NCBI GenBank assembly: GCA_019058315.1
Contig: JAHPZH010000004.1
Span: forward strand, 192,001 to 256,000
Length of the DNA: 64,000 bases
DNA from: Candidatus Helarchaeota archaeon
GTDB lineage: Archaea; Asgardarchaeota; Lokiarchaeia; Helarchaeales; RDOG01
Direction: 5' to 3'
Below are positions 30,101 to 45,100 of the stretch, one piece after another (the first letter of the stretch is position 1; each line of letters starts with the position of its first letter). The position numbers and the translations under genes were made by a program. Below the pieces are notes generated by a model, which saw only the letters and a list, made by a program, of their open reading frames with translations, was not told where the DNA came from and ran no database searches.

Positions 30101-33100
30101 ATTTGAACCAGTCCCATCAGTTGTTCCATTTATCCAGATAATCGCACCTGTATCCATGTCTCCATCAGAAGTTGGATCTGTTATTGAAATAGTGGGATCA
30201 GTATTGTCAATATCAAACCATCGAGTAGTAGAAGTTGTTAATCCTGCCGTATCGGTGACATTAACTAATACTCCAATATTTCCATCAGCAAGAAAAGTGT
30301 TATTGCGAAATTCATAAGCTCCAGAAGGAGTTCCTGATGGATCAGTGAAAATAGTAAATCGTGAATCATTAATCATGACTGATACTATATTAGAACCGGT
30401 ACCATCTGTGTTACCACTTACTGATATTATAGCTCCGGTATCAATATCTCCATCAGATGTGGGATCTGTAATTGTAATTGTAGGATTGGTGTTGTCTATA
30501 TCAAACCATCTTGTAGTAGATGTGGTCAAACCTGCAGAATCGGTTACATTAACTAAAATTGCTATATTTCCATCAGGAATTAATGTGTTATTTCTAAATT
30601 GATATGCCCCTGAGGGAGTTCCAGAAGGATTTATGAAAATAGTAAATCTAGAATCATTAATCATAACTGATACAATATTAGTACCAGTTCCATTTACATT
30701 GCCGCTTATTGAAATAATGGTTCCTGTATCTATATCACCATCTGATGCGGGATCTGTTATTGAAATAGTCGGATAGGTGTTATCTATATCAAACCATCTT
30801 GTAGTAGAAACGGTCAAGCCTGCAGAATCTGTCACATTAACAAGAACTCCGATATTTCCGTCTGGTATGAATGTGTTATTTCTGAATTCATAGGCTCCAG
30901 AAGGAGTACCCGAAGGATCCGTGAAAATAGTGAATCGAGTATCATTAATCATGACTGATACTATATTAGATCCAGTTCCATTGGCATTACCGCTGACTGA
31001 TATTATTATACCAGTATCAATAACTCCATCAGAAGCAGGATCCGTGATTGAAATGGTTGGATAGGTGTTATCTATATCAAACCAGCGAGTTATTGATATC
31101 GTTAGAGGTGCGGAATTAGTCACATTAACCTCGATAGCAACATTTCCATCTGGGATGTATGTGTTGTTTCGAAATTCATACGGTCCTGAGAGAGAACCAG
31201 AGGGATCTGTAAAAATAGTAAATCTAGAATCATTTATCATGACTGATATTATGTTTGAACCAGTTCCATCCGCATTACCGCTTATTGATATTATGGCTCC
31301 TGAATCTACATCTCCATTAGAAGCAGGATCTGTAATTGTAATGGTTGGATAGGTATTGTCTATATTAAACCATCGGGTTGTAGAAGTGGTTAAACCAGCA
31401 GAATCAGTAACATTTACTAGAACTCCAATATTTCCATCTGGAATGAATGTATTATTTCTAAATTCATAAGCCCCAGAAGGAGTTCCAGAAGGATCTGTGA
31501 AAATAGTGAATCGAGAATCATTAATCATAACTGATAAGATATTAGATCCGGTCCCATCAGCATTACCGCTTACTGAAACTATGGCTCCTGAATCTACAGC
31601 TCCATCGGAAGCAGGATCCGTGATTGAAATGGTTGGGTAAGTATTGTCAATGTCAAACCAGCGAATAGCAGAAGTGGTTAAACTGGCGGAATCAGTTACA
31701 TTTACCAAAATTGCAATATTTCCATCGGGAATAAATGAATTGTTTCTAAATTCATATGCACCAGAAGGAGTCCCCGAAGGATCCGTGAAAATAGTAAATC
31801 GTGAATCATTTATCATTACAGAGGCAATATTAGATCCAGTTCCATCAGCATTACCGCTTATGGATATTATGGTTCCCGTATCTATATCTCCATCAGATGC
31901 AGGATCGATAATTGAAATGGTTGGATAAGTATTATCAATATCAAACCAGCGCGTTGTAGAAGTGGTTAAACCCGCAGAATCTGTAACATTAACAAGAACC
32001 CCAATATTTCCGTCTGGAATGAATGTGTTATTTCTAAATTGATAAGCCCCAGAAGGAGTCCCCGAAGGATCCGTGAAAATAGTAAATCGAGAATCATTTA
32101 TCATTACAGAGGCAATATTAGATCCAGTTCCATCAGCGTTTCCACTTACGGATATAATTGCACCCACATCAACATCTCCATCTGATACAGGATCGGTAAT
32201 TGTAATTGTTGGAAGGGTGTTATCTATATCAAACCAGCGAGTCGTTGAAGTAGTTAAACCTGCAGAATCAGTTACATTTACAAGAATTCCGATATTTCCA
32301 TCAGGAATAAATGTGTTATTTCTAAATTCATATGCACCCGAAGGAGAACCCGAAGGATCTGTAAAGATAGTAAATCGTGAATCATTAATCATTACAGAAA
32401 CTATGTTAGAGCCAGTTCCATCTGCATTTCCACTGATTGAAATAATTGCTCCAGTATCAATATCTCCGTTCGATGCAGGATCGGTAATTGTAATTGTTGG
32501 AAGGGTGTTATCTACATCAAACCAGCGAGTCGTTGAAGTAGTTAGACCTGCAGAATCAGTTACATTTACAAGAATTCCGATATTTCCATCAGGAATAAAT
32601 GTGTTATTTCTAAATTCATATGCACCCGAAGGAGAACCCGAAGGATCTGTAAAGATAGTAAATCGTGAATCATTAATCATTACAGAAACTATGTTAGAGC
32701 CAGTTCCATCTGCATTTCCACTGATTGAAATAATTGCTCCAGTATCAATATCTCCGTTCGATGCAGGATCGGTAATTGTAATTGTTGGAAGGGTGTTATC
32801 TACATCAAACCAGCGAGTCGTTGAAGTAGTTAGACCTGCAGAATCAGTTACATTTACAAGAATTCCGATATTTCCATCAGGAATAAATGTGTTATTTCTA
32901 AATTCATATGCACCCGAAGGAGAACCCGAAGGATCTGTGAAGATAGTAAATCGTGAATCATTAATCATAACAGATACGATATTAGATCCGGTCCCATCGG
33001 CGTTACCACTTATGGATATTATGGTTCCTGTATCTATATCACCATCTGATGCAGGATCTGTTATTGAAATAGTCGGATAAGTATTATCTATATCAAACCA

Positions 33101-36100
33101 TCGAGTTGTAGAAGTGGTTAAACCTGCAGAATCAGTTACATTTACAAGAATTCCGATATTTCCATCAGGAATAAATGTGTTATTTCTAAATTCATATGCA
33201 CCCGAAGGAGAACCCGAAGGATCTGTGAAGATAGTAAATCGTGAATCATTAATCATAACAGATACGATATTAGATCCGGTCCCATCGGCGTTACCACTTA
33301 TGGATATTATGGTTCCTGTATCTATATCACCATCTGATGCAGGATCTGTTATTGAAATAGTCGGATAAGTATTATCTATATCAAACCATCGAGTTGTAGA
33401 AGTGGTTAAACCTGCAGAATCAGTTACATTCACCAAGATTCCAATATTACCATCTGGGATGAATGTGTTATTTCTAAATTCATAAGCTCCCGAGGGAGTC
33501 CCTGAAGGATCAGTGAAAATGGTGAACCGAGAATCATTAATCATAACAGAAGCAATATTAGAGCCAGTTCCATCAGCATTTCCACTTACGGAAATAATTG
33601 CACCCGTATCTATATCCCCATCTGATGAAGGATCAGTAATTGAAATTGTAGGATAGGTATTATCTATATCAGCCCATCGTGTGGTAGAAGTTGTCAAGCT
33701 TGCAGTATCGGTCACATTTACCATGATAGCAATATTACCGTCTGGTATAAATGTATTATTTCTAAATTCATAAGCCCCAGAAGGAGTTCCCGAAGGATCT
33801 GTGAAAATGGTGAACCGTGAATCATTAATCATTACTGATACAATATTAGATCCGGTCCCATCTGCATTGCCACTTATAGATATTATAGCTCCTGTATCAA
33901 CATCTCCATCTGAAGCAGGATCGGTAATTGTAATGGTTGGATATGTGTTGTCTATGTCAAACCAGCGCGTAGTAGGTGTAGTTAAACCAGCAGAGTCAGT
34001 TATATTAACTTTAATACCTATATTTCCATCTGGAATGTACGAATTGTTATTAAATGCATAGCTGCCTGATGGGGAACCTGATGGATCAATGAAGATTGTA
34101 AATCGGGAATCATTAATCAAAACAGATATAATATTAGAACCAGTGCCATCCACTGTCCCATTAATCCAAATAATGGCTCCTGTGTCAATGTCTCCATCAG
34201 AAGCAGGATCATTTATAGTGATAGTTGGGTAGATATTATCGACATCAAACCAGCGTGTAGCAGAAGATGTCAAACTAGCAGAATCTGTCACATTAACTTC
34301 GATAGCAATATTTCCTTCAGTAATATAAGAATTATTATTAAATGCGAAGCTTCCTGATGGAGAACCTGAGGGATCTGTGAATATCGTAAATCTAGAATCA
34401 TTAATCAAAACAGATACAATATTGGAGCCTGTACCATCCACTGTCCCGTTAATCCAGATAATAGTTCCTGTGTCAACATCTCCATTAGATGCGGGATCGT
34501 TAATTAAAATTGAAGGATTTGTATTATCTAGATTGAGCCAGCGTATAGCAGCAGATGTTAAACTAGCAGAATCCGTAATATTAACTTCGATTGAGATAAT
34601 TCCATCTGCTACATAAGAATTATTATTAAATGCGTAGTTTCCGGAAGGAGATCCAGATGGATCTATGATAAGTGTGAATCTGGAATCGTTAATCATCACA
34701 GAAGTAATATTTGAACCTGTTCCATCTACTGTTCCGTTTATCCAGATATCAGTGCCTGTAACTAAATCTCCATTTGAAGCAGGAACAGTAATTGAAATTG
34801 TGGGATATGTATTATCAATATCAAACCAACGAGTAGTTGAGACGGTCAAGTTAGCAGTATCTGTAATATTTACCTCAACCGCTATATTTCCATCTGGAAT
34901 GTAAGAATTATTATTGAACGTATAAATTCCGGAAGCAGATCCTGAAGGATCAACTGCTATAGTAAACCTCGAGTCATTTATCATAACTGATTGAATATTA
35001 GAACCAGTTCCATTTACAAATCCACTAATCGAAATAGTAGCTCCAGTATCTATATCGCCATCTGAAGTTGGATCCGTTATTGAGATTGTTGGATATGTAT
35101 TATCAATAATAAACCATCGAATTCTGTAATCTGAAAGGCCTCCTGAATTATTTAAGGTTATAGTAATAGCAACACGACCATCAGGAATAAAACTAATATT
35201 TTGAAATCCATAAACTCCGGATGGACTTCCAGAAGGATTAACTGTCAAAATAAATCGACTATCATTAATCCAAACTTGATCGATATTAGTCCCACCACCA
35301 TCAGCTGTTCCATTTATTGTAATATCAATTCCTGTATCTATAGCACTATCTGGAGAGGGATGATCAACGGTTACACTAGGCCCAATAATATATGTAAACC
35401 ATCGGGCTATAGAACCAGTTAATCCCACCGAATCGGTAACATTTACTTTAACCGCAACATTTCCAAGGGTAATAAAGCTATTATTACTAAAAGTAAAGGG
35501 ACCTGAAGAGCTTCCTACAGGATTTGTTGTTAAAGTAAATCTGGAATCATTTATTTGAACTGAGAAAATATTAGTTCCTGTTCCATCAACCCATCCATCG
35601 ACAGTAACACTACCCCCAGTATCGGTTGTACCATTTGGAAAGGGATGAGTTATAACAATAGTAGGATTTGTATTATCTAATATAAACCATCGAATCGCAG
35701 AAGTGGTTAAATAAGCAGAATCCGTGACATTAACCTCAATTGCAATAGTCCCATCTGTGATTAAGGTGTTATTATTAAATGCATAATTTCCTGATGGACT
35801 CCCTGATGGATCAGTGAAAATAGTGAATCGGGAATCATTAATCATTACAGACGAAATATCGGAACCTGTACCATCAGCTGTTCCATTTATCCATATAATG
35901 GCTCCTGTATCTAAATCTCCATTCGACGCTGGATCGGCAATTGAAATAGTAGGATAAGTATTGTCAATATCAAACCATCGTGTAGTAGAAGTAGTTAAGC
36001 CAGCAGTATCAGTAACATTTACGAGAACTCCTATATTTCCATCAGCAAGGTAAGTGTTATTTCTGAATTCATAAGCACCAGAAGGGGATCCTGAAGGATC

Positions 36101-39100
36101 TGTAAGAATTGTAAATCGTGAGTCGTTAATCATAACAGATACTATATTAGATCCCGTACCATCTGCATTTCCACTTATAGATATGATAGCTCCTGTATCC
36201 ACATCCCCATCAGAAACAGGATCAGTAATGGAGATAGTTGGATAAGTATTATCTACGTCAAACCATCGTGTAGTTGATGTTGTTAAACTAGCAGAATCCG
36301 TCACATTAACAAGAACTGCAACATTTCCATCCGGGATGAACGTGTTATTTCTAAATTCATAAGCTCCAGAAGGAGATCCTGATGGATCCGTAAAGATTGT
36401 AAATCGTGAATCATTAATCATGACAGATATAATATTGGAACCAGTTCCATCAGCGTTACCGCTTATGAATATTATGGCACCCGTATCTATATCTCCGTCA
36501 GAGGCAGGATCCGTAATCGTGATTGTAGGATATGTGTTATCAATATCGAACCATCTTGTTGTTGATGTTGTAAGGCCAGCAGAATCCGTCACATTCACAA
36601 GAACTCCAATATTTCCATCTGGAATGAATGTATTGTTTCTAAATTCATAAGCTCCAGAAGGAGTTCCTGATGGATCTGTAAAGATGGTAAAACGAGTATC
36701 ATTAATCATTACCGAAGCAATATTCGACCCAGTTCCATCTGCATTACCCCCTACTGATATAATAGCTCCGTTATCTATATCTCCATCAGAAGCGGGATCA
36801 GTAATTGAAATAGTCGGATAAGTGTTGTCAATATCAAACCATCTTGTATTTGATGTTGTCAATCCAGCAGAATCCGTTACATTAACAAGAATTCCTACAT
36901 TTCCATCTGCAAGATAGGTGTTATTTCGGAATTCATAAGCTCCAGAAGGAGTTCCAGAAGGATCTGTAAAGATAGTAAATCGTGAATCATTAATCAAAAC
37001 GGATACAATATTAGATCCAGTGCCATCGGCGTTACCGCTTATTGAAATAATGTTTCCAGTATCAATATCACCATCAGAAGCAGGATCTATTATTGAAATA
37101 GTTGGATAAGTGTTGTCAATATCAAACCATCTAGAAGTTGAAGTTGTAAGACCAGCAGAATCGGTTACATTAACAAGAACTCCTATATTTCCATCTGGTA
37201 TGAATGTGTTATTTCGGAATTCATAAGCTCCAGAAGGAGTTCCAGAAGGATCTGTAAAGATAGTAAATCGGGAATCATTAATCATAACAGAAACAATATT
37301 AGATCCCGTTCCATCGGCGTTACCGCTTATTGAAATAATTGCACCTGTATCAATATCCCCATCAGAAGCGGGATCTGTAATTGAAATAGTTGGATAAGTA
37401 TTGTCTATATCAAACCATCGAGTAGTAGAAGCAGTTAGACTAGCTGAATCAGTTACATTAACAAGAACTCCAATGTTACCGTCCGGAATATATGAATTAT
37501 TTCTAAATTCATAAGCTCCCGAAGGACTACCCGAAGGATCTGTAAAGATAGTAAATCGAGAATCATTGATCATAACAGAAACTATATTTGAACCAGTTCC
37601 ATCAGCATTGCCACTTATTGAAATAATAACTCCAGTATCAATGTCTCCGTCTGAAGCTGGATCGGTAATTGAAATGGTTGGTAATGTGTTGTCTATATCA
37701 AACCATCGAGTCGCTGACGTAGTTAATCCTGCAGAATCAGTCACGTTTACAAGAACCCCGATATTGCCGTCTGGAATAAATGTATTATTTCTAAACTCAT
37801 AAGCTCCAGAAGGAGAACCCGAAGGATCTGTGAAAATAGTGAATCGAGAATCATTAATCATAACAGAAGCTATATTAGAGCCAGTTCCATCAGCATTGCC
37901 ACTTATTGAAATAATAACTCCAGTATCAATGTCTCCGTCTGAAGCTGGATCGGTAATTGAAATGGTTGGTAATGTATTGTCTATATCAAACCATCGAGTC
38001 GTTGATGTGGTTAAGCCTGCAGAATCAGTTACATTAACAAGAACTCCAATATTACCGTCTGGTATGAATGTGTTATTTCTAAATTCGTATGCACCAGAAG
38101 GAGTTCCTGATGGATCTGTAAAGATTGTAAATCGTGAATCATTAATCATTACAGAAGCTATATTAGAGCCAGTTCCATCAGCATTGCCACTTATTGAAAT
38201 AATCACTCCAGTATCTATATCTCCATCAGATGCGGGATCTGTAATTGAAATGGTTGGTAATGTGTTGTCTATATCAAACCATCTAGTTGTTGATGTGGTT
38301 AAGCCTGCAGAATCGGTCACATTAACAAGAACACCTATATTGCCGTCTGGAATAAATGTATTATTTCTAAATTCATAAGCTCCAGAAGGAGAACCCGAAG
38401 GATCTGTGAAAATTGTAAATCTAGAATCATTAATCATAACAGAAGCAATATTAGAACCAGTACCATCTGAGTTTCCACTTACAGATATTATGGCTCCAGT
38501 ATCGATATCCCCATTAGATGCAGGATCTATTATTGAAATAGTGGGATAGGTGTTGTCAATATCAAACCATCTCGTAGTAGATGTGGTTAGTCCAGCAGAA
38601 TCGGTGACATTAACTAATACTCCAATATTTCCATCAGCAAGAAAAGTGTTATTGCGAAATTCATAAGCTCCAGAAGGAGTTCCAGAAGGGTTTGTAAAGA
38701 TTGTAAATCGTGAATCATTAATCATAACAGAAGCAATATTAGAACCAGTACCGTCTGCGTTTCCACTTATAGATATAATGACTCCAGTATCTATATCACC
38801 ATCTGATGTGGGATCGGTTATAGATATTGTTGGATAGGTGTTGTCAATATCAAACCAGCGAGTTGCAGATGTAGTTAATCCTGCTGAATCTGTTACATTC
38901 ACAAGGACTCCGATATTGCCATCAGCAATGAAAGTATTATTTCTAAATTCATAAGCACCAGAAGGAGTACCCGAAGGATCTGTGAAGATTGTGAATCTTG
39001 AATCATTAATCATAACCGATATAATATTAGATCCAGTACCGTCAACATTGCCACTTATTGATATTATGGTCCCAGTATCAGTAACCCCATCAGCAGTAGG

Positions 39101-42100
39101 ATCAGTTATTGAAATGGTGGGATAAGTGTTATCTATATCAAACCATCGTGTAGTAGAAGTAGTCAAACCAGCAGAATCTGTTATATTTACTAGAATTCCA
39201 ATATTGCCGTCAGCAAGAAAAGTATTATTTCTGAATTCATACGCCCCCGAGGGAGTTCCGGACGGATCTGTGAAAATAGTAAATCTAGAATCATTGATCA
39301 TGACCGAAACAATATTAGTTCCAGTTCCATCTGCATTTCCGCTAACTGATATTATAATACCAGTATCAATATCACCATCTGATGCGGGATCGGTTATAGA
39401 TATTGTAGGATAGGTGTTATCTATATCAAACCATCTTGTTGCTGAAGTAGTTTGACTTGCAGAATCTGTTACATTAACGAGAATTGCGATATTTCCATCG
39501 GGAATGAAAGTATTATTACGAAATTCATAGGCTCCAGAGGGAGTTCCTGATGGATCTGTAAAGATAGTAAATCTAGAATCATTAATCATTACAGATACGA
39601 TATTAGAACCTGTCCCATCCGCATTTCCACTTATAGATATAATTGCTCCAGTATCGACATCTCCATCAGAAGTGGGGTCAATAATCGATATTGTAGGATA
39701 AATATTATCAACATCAAACCATCGTGTGGTTGAAGTTATCAAGCCTGCGGAATCAGTTATATTTACAAGTACCCCGATGTTTCCATCTGAAATAAAAGTG
39801 TTATTTCTAAATTCATAAGCTCCCGAAGGACTACCCGAAGGATCTGTAAAGATAGTAAATCGAGAATCATTAATCATAACAGAGACAATATTTGACCCAG
39901 TCCCATCTGCATTTCCACTTATTGAGATAATAGCACCAGTATCTATATCACCGTCAGAAGCAGGATCTGTAATAGTAATTGTAGGATCTGTATTGTCTAT
40001 ATCAAACCATCTCGTGGTTGAAGTAGTTTGAGCTGCAGAATCAGTAACATTCACTAGGATCCCAATATTTCCATCTGGGATGAAAGTGTTATTCCTGAAT
40101 TCATAAGCTCCCGAGGGAGATCCGGAAGGATCTGTGAAAATAGTGAATCGAGAATCATTAATCATGACGGAAACAATATTAGATCCGGTTCCATCTGCAT
40201 TACCACTGATAGATATAATCGCACCAGTATCAATATCACCATCAGAAGTAGGGTCAGTTATAGAAATCGTAGGATATATGTTATCAATATCGAACCATCG
40301 TGTTGTTGATGTGGTTAAACCCGCAGAATCCGTCACATTTACTAAAACTGCAATATTACCGTCTGGTATAAATGTGTTATTCCTGAATTCATAAGCTCCA
40401 GAAGGAGATCCCGAAGGATCAGTGAAAATAGTGAATCGAGATTCATTAATCATTACTGATGCAATATTAGATCCAGTTCCATCAGCATTACCGCCTATTG
40501 ATATAATGGTTCCAGTATCTATATCACCATCAGAAGCAGGATCTGTTATTGAAATAGTGGGATCAGTATTGTCAATATCAAACCATCGAGTAGTAGAAGT
40601 TGTTAAACTAGCTGAATCTGTCACATTGACGAGAATTCCAATATTTCCGTCTGGTATGAATGTGTTATTTCTAAATTCATAAGCTCCAGAAGGAGAACCC
40701 GAAGGATCTGTAAAAATTGTAAATCGTGAATCATTTATCATAACAGAGACTATATTAGAACCAGTGCCATCGGCATTACCGCTTATTGATATAATGACCC
40801 CAGTGTCTACATCTCCATCCGAAGCAGGATCAGTAATAGTTATTGTAGGATTGGTATTGTCTATGTCAAACCACCTTGTAGCAGATGTTGTTAATCCTGC
40901 AGAATCGGTTACATTTACCAAAATTGCGATATTTCCATCAAGAATTAAGGTGTTGTTTCTAAATTCATACGCTCCTGAGGGAGTTCCAGACGGATCTGTG
41001 AATATAGTAAATCGAGAATCATTAATCATGACAGACGCTATATTAGATCCAGTACCATCTGTATTGCCGCTTATTGATATAATGGTCCCAGTATCTATAT
41101 CTCCATCAGATGCAGGATCGGTTATTGAAATGGTTGGATAAGTATTGTCTATATCAAACCAACGAGTTGTTGATGTGGTTAAGCTTGCGGAATCAGTCAC
41201 ATTAACAAGAACTGCTACATTTCCGTCTGGAATGAATGTATTATTTCGAAATTCATAAGCTCCAGAAGGAGAACCCGAAGGATCTGTAAAAATTGTGAAT
41301 CGTGAATCATTAATCATAACTGAGACTATATTAGAACCAGTGCCATCGGCATTACCACTTATTGATATAATGACTCCAGTATCTATATCTCCATCCGAAG
41401 CAGGATCAGTAATAGTTATTGTAGGATTGGTATTGTCTATGTCAAACCACCTTGTAGCAGATGTTGTCAATCCTGCAGAATCGGTTACATTTACCAAAAT
41501 TGCGATATTTCCGTCGGGAATGAATGTATTGTTTCTAAATTCATATGCACCAGAAGGAGTTCCCGATGGATCAGTAAAGATCGTAAATCGTGAATCATTA
41601 ATCATAACAGAAGCTATATTAGATCCAGTGCCATCCGCATTTCCACTTATTGATATAATGGTCCCAGTATCTATATCTCCATCAGATGCAGGATCAGTTA
41701 TTGAAATGGTTGGATAAGTATTGTCTATATCAAACCAACGAGTTGTTGATGTGGTTAAGCTTGCGGAATCAGTCACATTAACAAGAACTGCTACATTTCC
41801 GTCTGGAATGAATGTATTATTTCGAAATTCATATACTCCTGAAGGCGTTCCCGAAGGATCAATAAAGATTGTGAATCGTGAATCATTAATCATAACTGAA
41901 ACTATATTAGAACCAGTACCATCCACATTTCCACCTATTGATATAATAGTACCTGTATCAATATCACCATCAGAAGCAGGATCTGTTATTGAAATAGTGG
42001 GATCAGTATTGTCAATATCAAACCATCGAGTAGTAGAAGTTGTTAAACTAGCTGAATCTGTCACATTGACGAGAATTCCAATATTTCCGTCTGGTATGAA

Positions 42101-45100
42101 TGTGTTATTTCTAAATTCATAAGCTCCAGAAGGAGATCCTGAAGGATCTGTAAAAATTGTAAATCTAGAATCATTAATCAAAACAGATACGATATTAGAA
42201 CCAGTGCCATCGGCATTTCCACTGATTGAAATAATAGTACCTGTATCAATATCTCCATCAGATGCAGGATCTGTAATTGTTATGGTTGGGTATGTATTGT
42301 CAATATCAAACCATCTAGTTGCAGAGGTTGTCAAGCTTGCAGAATCAGTCACATTCACTAGGATTGCAACATTTCCGTCCGGAATAAATGTGTTATTTCT
42401 AAATTCATATGCACCAGAAGGAGTCCCTGATGGATCTGTAAAAATTGTAAAACGAGAATCATTTATCATTACTGATACAATGTTAGAACCTGTTCCATCC
42501 ACATTACCGCCAATTGAGATGGTGGTCCCAGTATCTATATCACCGTCCGATGCCGGATCTGTAATTGAAATGGTAGGATAGGTATTGTCTATATCAAACC
42601 ATCTTGTGGTAGAAGTTGTCAAGCTAGCGGAATCGGTTACATTAACTAGGATGGCAATATTACCGTCTGGGATGAATGTATTATTTCTAAATTCATAAGC
42701 TCCAGAGGGACTGCCCGAAGGATCAGTAAAGATAGTAAATCTAGAATCATTAATCATAACAGAAACTATGTTAGAGCCAGTTCCATCTGCATTACCACTG
42801 ATTGAAATTATCACCCCAGTATCAATATCTCCATCAGAAGCTGGATCTGTGATTGAAATGGTAGGATAGGTATTGTCTATATCAAACCATCGAGTAGTAG
42901 AAGCAGTTAGACTAGCTGAATCCGTCACATTGACGAGAATTCCAATATTTCCGTCCGGAATGAATGTGTTATTTCTAAATTCATAAGCTCCAGAGGGACT
43001 GCCCGAAGGATCAGTAAAGATAGTAAATCTAGAATCATTAATCATAACAGAAACTATGTTAGAGCCAGTTCCATCTGCATTACCACTGATTGAAATTATC
43101 ACCCCAGTATCAATATCTCCATCAGAAGCTGGATCTGTGATTGAAATGGTAGGATAGGTATTGTCTATATCAAACCATCGAGTAGTAGAAGCAGTTAGAC
43201 TAGCTGAATCCGTCACATTGACGAGAATTCCAATATTTCCGTCCGGAATGAATGTGTTATTTCTAAATTCATAAGCTCCAGAGGGACTGCCCGAAGGATC
43301 AGTAAAGATAGTAAATCTAGAATCATTGATCATAACAGAAACAATATTAGATCCCGTGCCATCTGCATTTCCGCTTATTGAAATAATAGCTCCAGTATCA
43401 ATATCTCCGTCTGAAGCTGGATCGGTAATTGAAATGGTTGGATAAGTATTGTCTATATCAAACCATCGAGTCGTTAATGTGGTTAAGCCTGCAGAATCAG
43501 TTACATTAACAAGAACTCCAATATTTCCGTCCGGTATGAATGTGTTATTTCTAAATTCATAAGCTCCAGAAGGAGATCCCGAAGGATCTGTAAAAATTGT
43601 AAAACGGGAATCGTTGATCATGACTGATACGATATTGGAACCAGTACCATCAGCATTTCCACTAATTGAAATAATGGTCCCAGTATCAATATCTCCATCA
43701 GAAGCAGGATCTGTTATTGTTATTGTTGGATATGTATTATCTATATCAAACCATCGTGTTGTTGATGTGGTTAAACCCGCAGAATCCGTCACATTTACTA
43801 GAACTGCAATATTACCGTCTGGTATAAATGTGTTATTCCTGAATTCATAAGCTCCAGAAGGAGATCCCGAAGGATCTGTAAAAATTGTAAAACGAGAATC
43901 ATTTATCATTACTGATAAAATATTAGATCCAGTACCATCGGCGTTTCCACTAATTGAGATAATAACACCAGTATCTATATCACCGTCTGATGCGGGATCT
44001 GTTATTGTTATTGTAGGATCTGTATTATCTATATCAAACCAGCGTGAAGCGGTTGTTGTTAAGCTCGCTTGGTCAGTTACATTAACTTGAATTGCCACAT
44101 TTCCATCGGGGATATATGTATTATTTCTAAATTCATAAGCTCCAGAAGGAGATCCCGAAGGATCTGTAAAAATTGTAAAACGGGAATCGTTGATCATGAC
44201 TGATACGATATTGGAACCAGTACCATCAGCATTTCCACTTATTGATATAATAGCTCCAGTATCTATATCACCATTTGAAGCTGGATCAGTTATTGTTAAG
44301 GACGGAAGTGTATTATCTATATCAAACCATCGAGTAGCGGATGTTGTTAATCCGGCTGTATCTGTTACGTTCACTAGAATTGCGACATTCCCATCAGGAA
44401 TAAAAGTATTATTTCGGAATTCATATGCTCCTGAAGGAGTTCCTGAAGGATCTGTAAAAATTGTAAAACGAGAATCATTTATCATTACTGATACAATATT
44501 TGAACCTGTTCCATCAGCGTTGCCGCTTACGGAAATTATAGCCCCCGTATCTATATCTCCATCAGATGCGGGATCTGTTATTGATATCGTAGGTGGTGTA
44601 TTATCTATATAGAACCAGCGAATAATAGAAGAAGTTAAACCTGATGAATCTGTAATATTTATTTTAATTGCAATATATCCGTCTGCAATATAAGATGAAT
44701 TTCTAAATTCATAATTTCCGGAAAGGCTTCCTGAGGGATCCAGAAATATATTAAAATTAGAATTATTAATCTGAATAGATGTGATTTCAGTTCCGGTTCC
44801 ATTGGCAAATCCACTGATTGAAATTATAACCCCCGTATCAATGGAACCATTAGATGCGGGATCTGTAACTGTAATAGTAGGATTAATCGAATCCATAATT
44901 ACCCAAATCATGAAAGACCCATTATTTCTTGCATAATCTTGTGCAACGACTGTTATATTGTTCCAACCTTCAACCAAGTTAATATTTTGAACAGTGGATG
45001 TACCTGTATATTGAATTGATCCATTTCTAATGACTTCATAAACTTTAATTCCACTTTCAGAATCGTAACTACTTGTCCAATTTACTTGGACAGAGGCTGC

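Noticed and set aside
21553-44612. Dozens of plus-strand ORFs (up to 335 aa) and alternate-frame minus ORFs inside the two surface-protein genes
   Set aside because: Shadows of the repeated codon pattern. They recur with the 288-bp period, end at the same repeat positions and have no independent motifs.
27905-44893. Possible CRISPR array or mobile repeat
   Set aside because: Units are contiguous, in-frame 288-bp coding repeats with no unique spacers; no cas or transposase genes are in the window.
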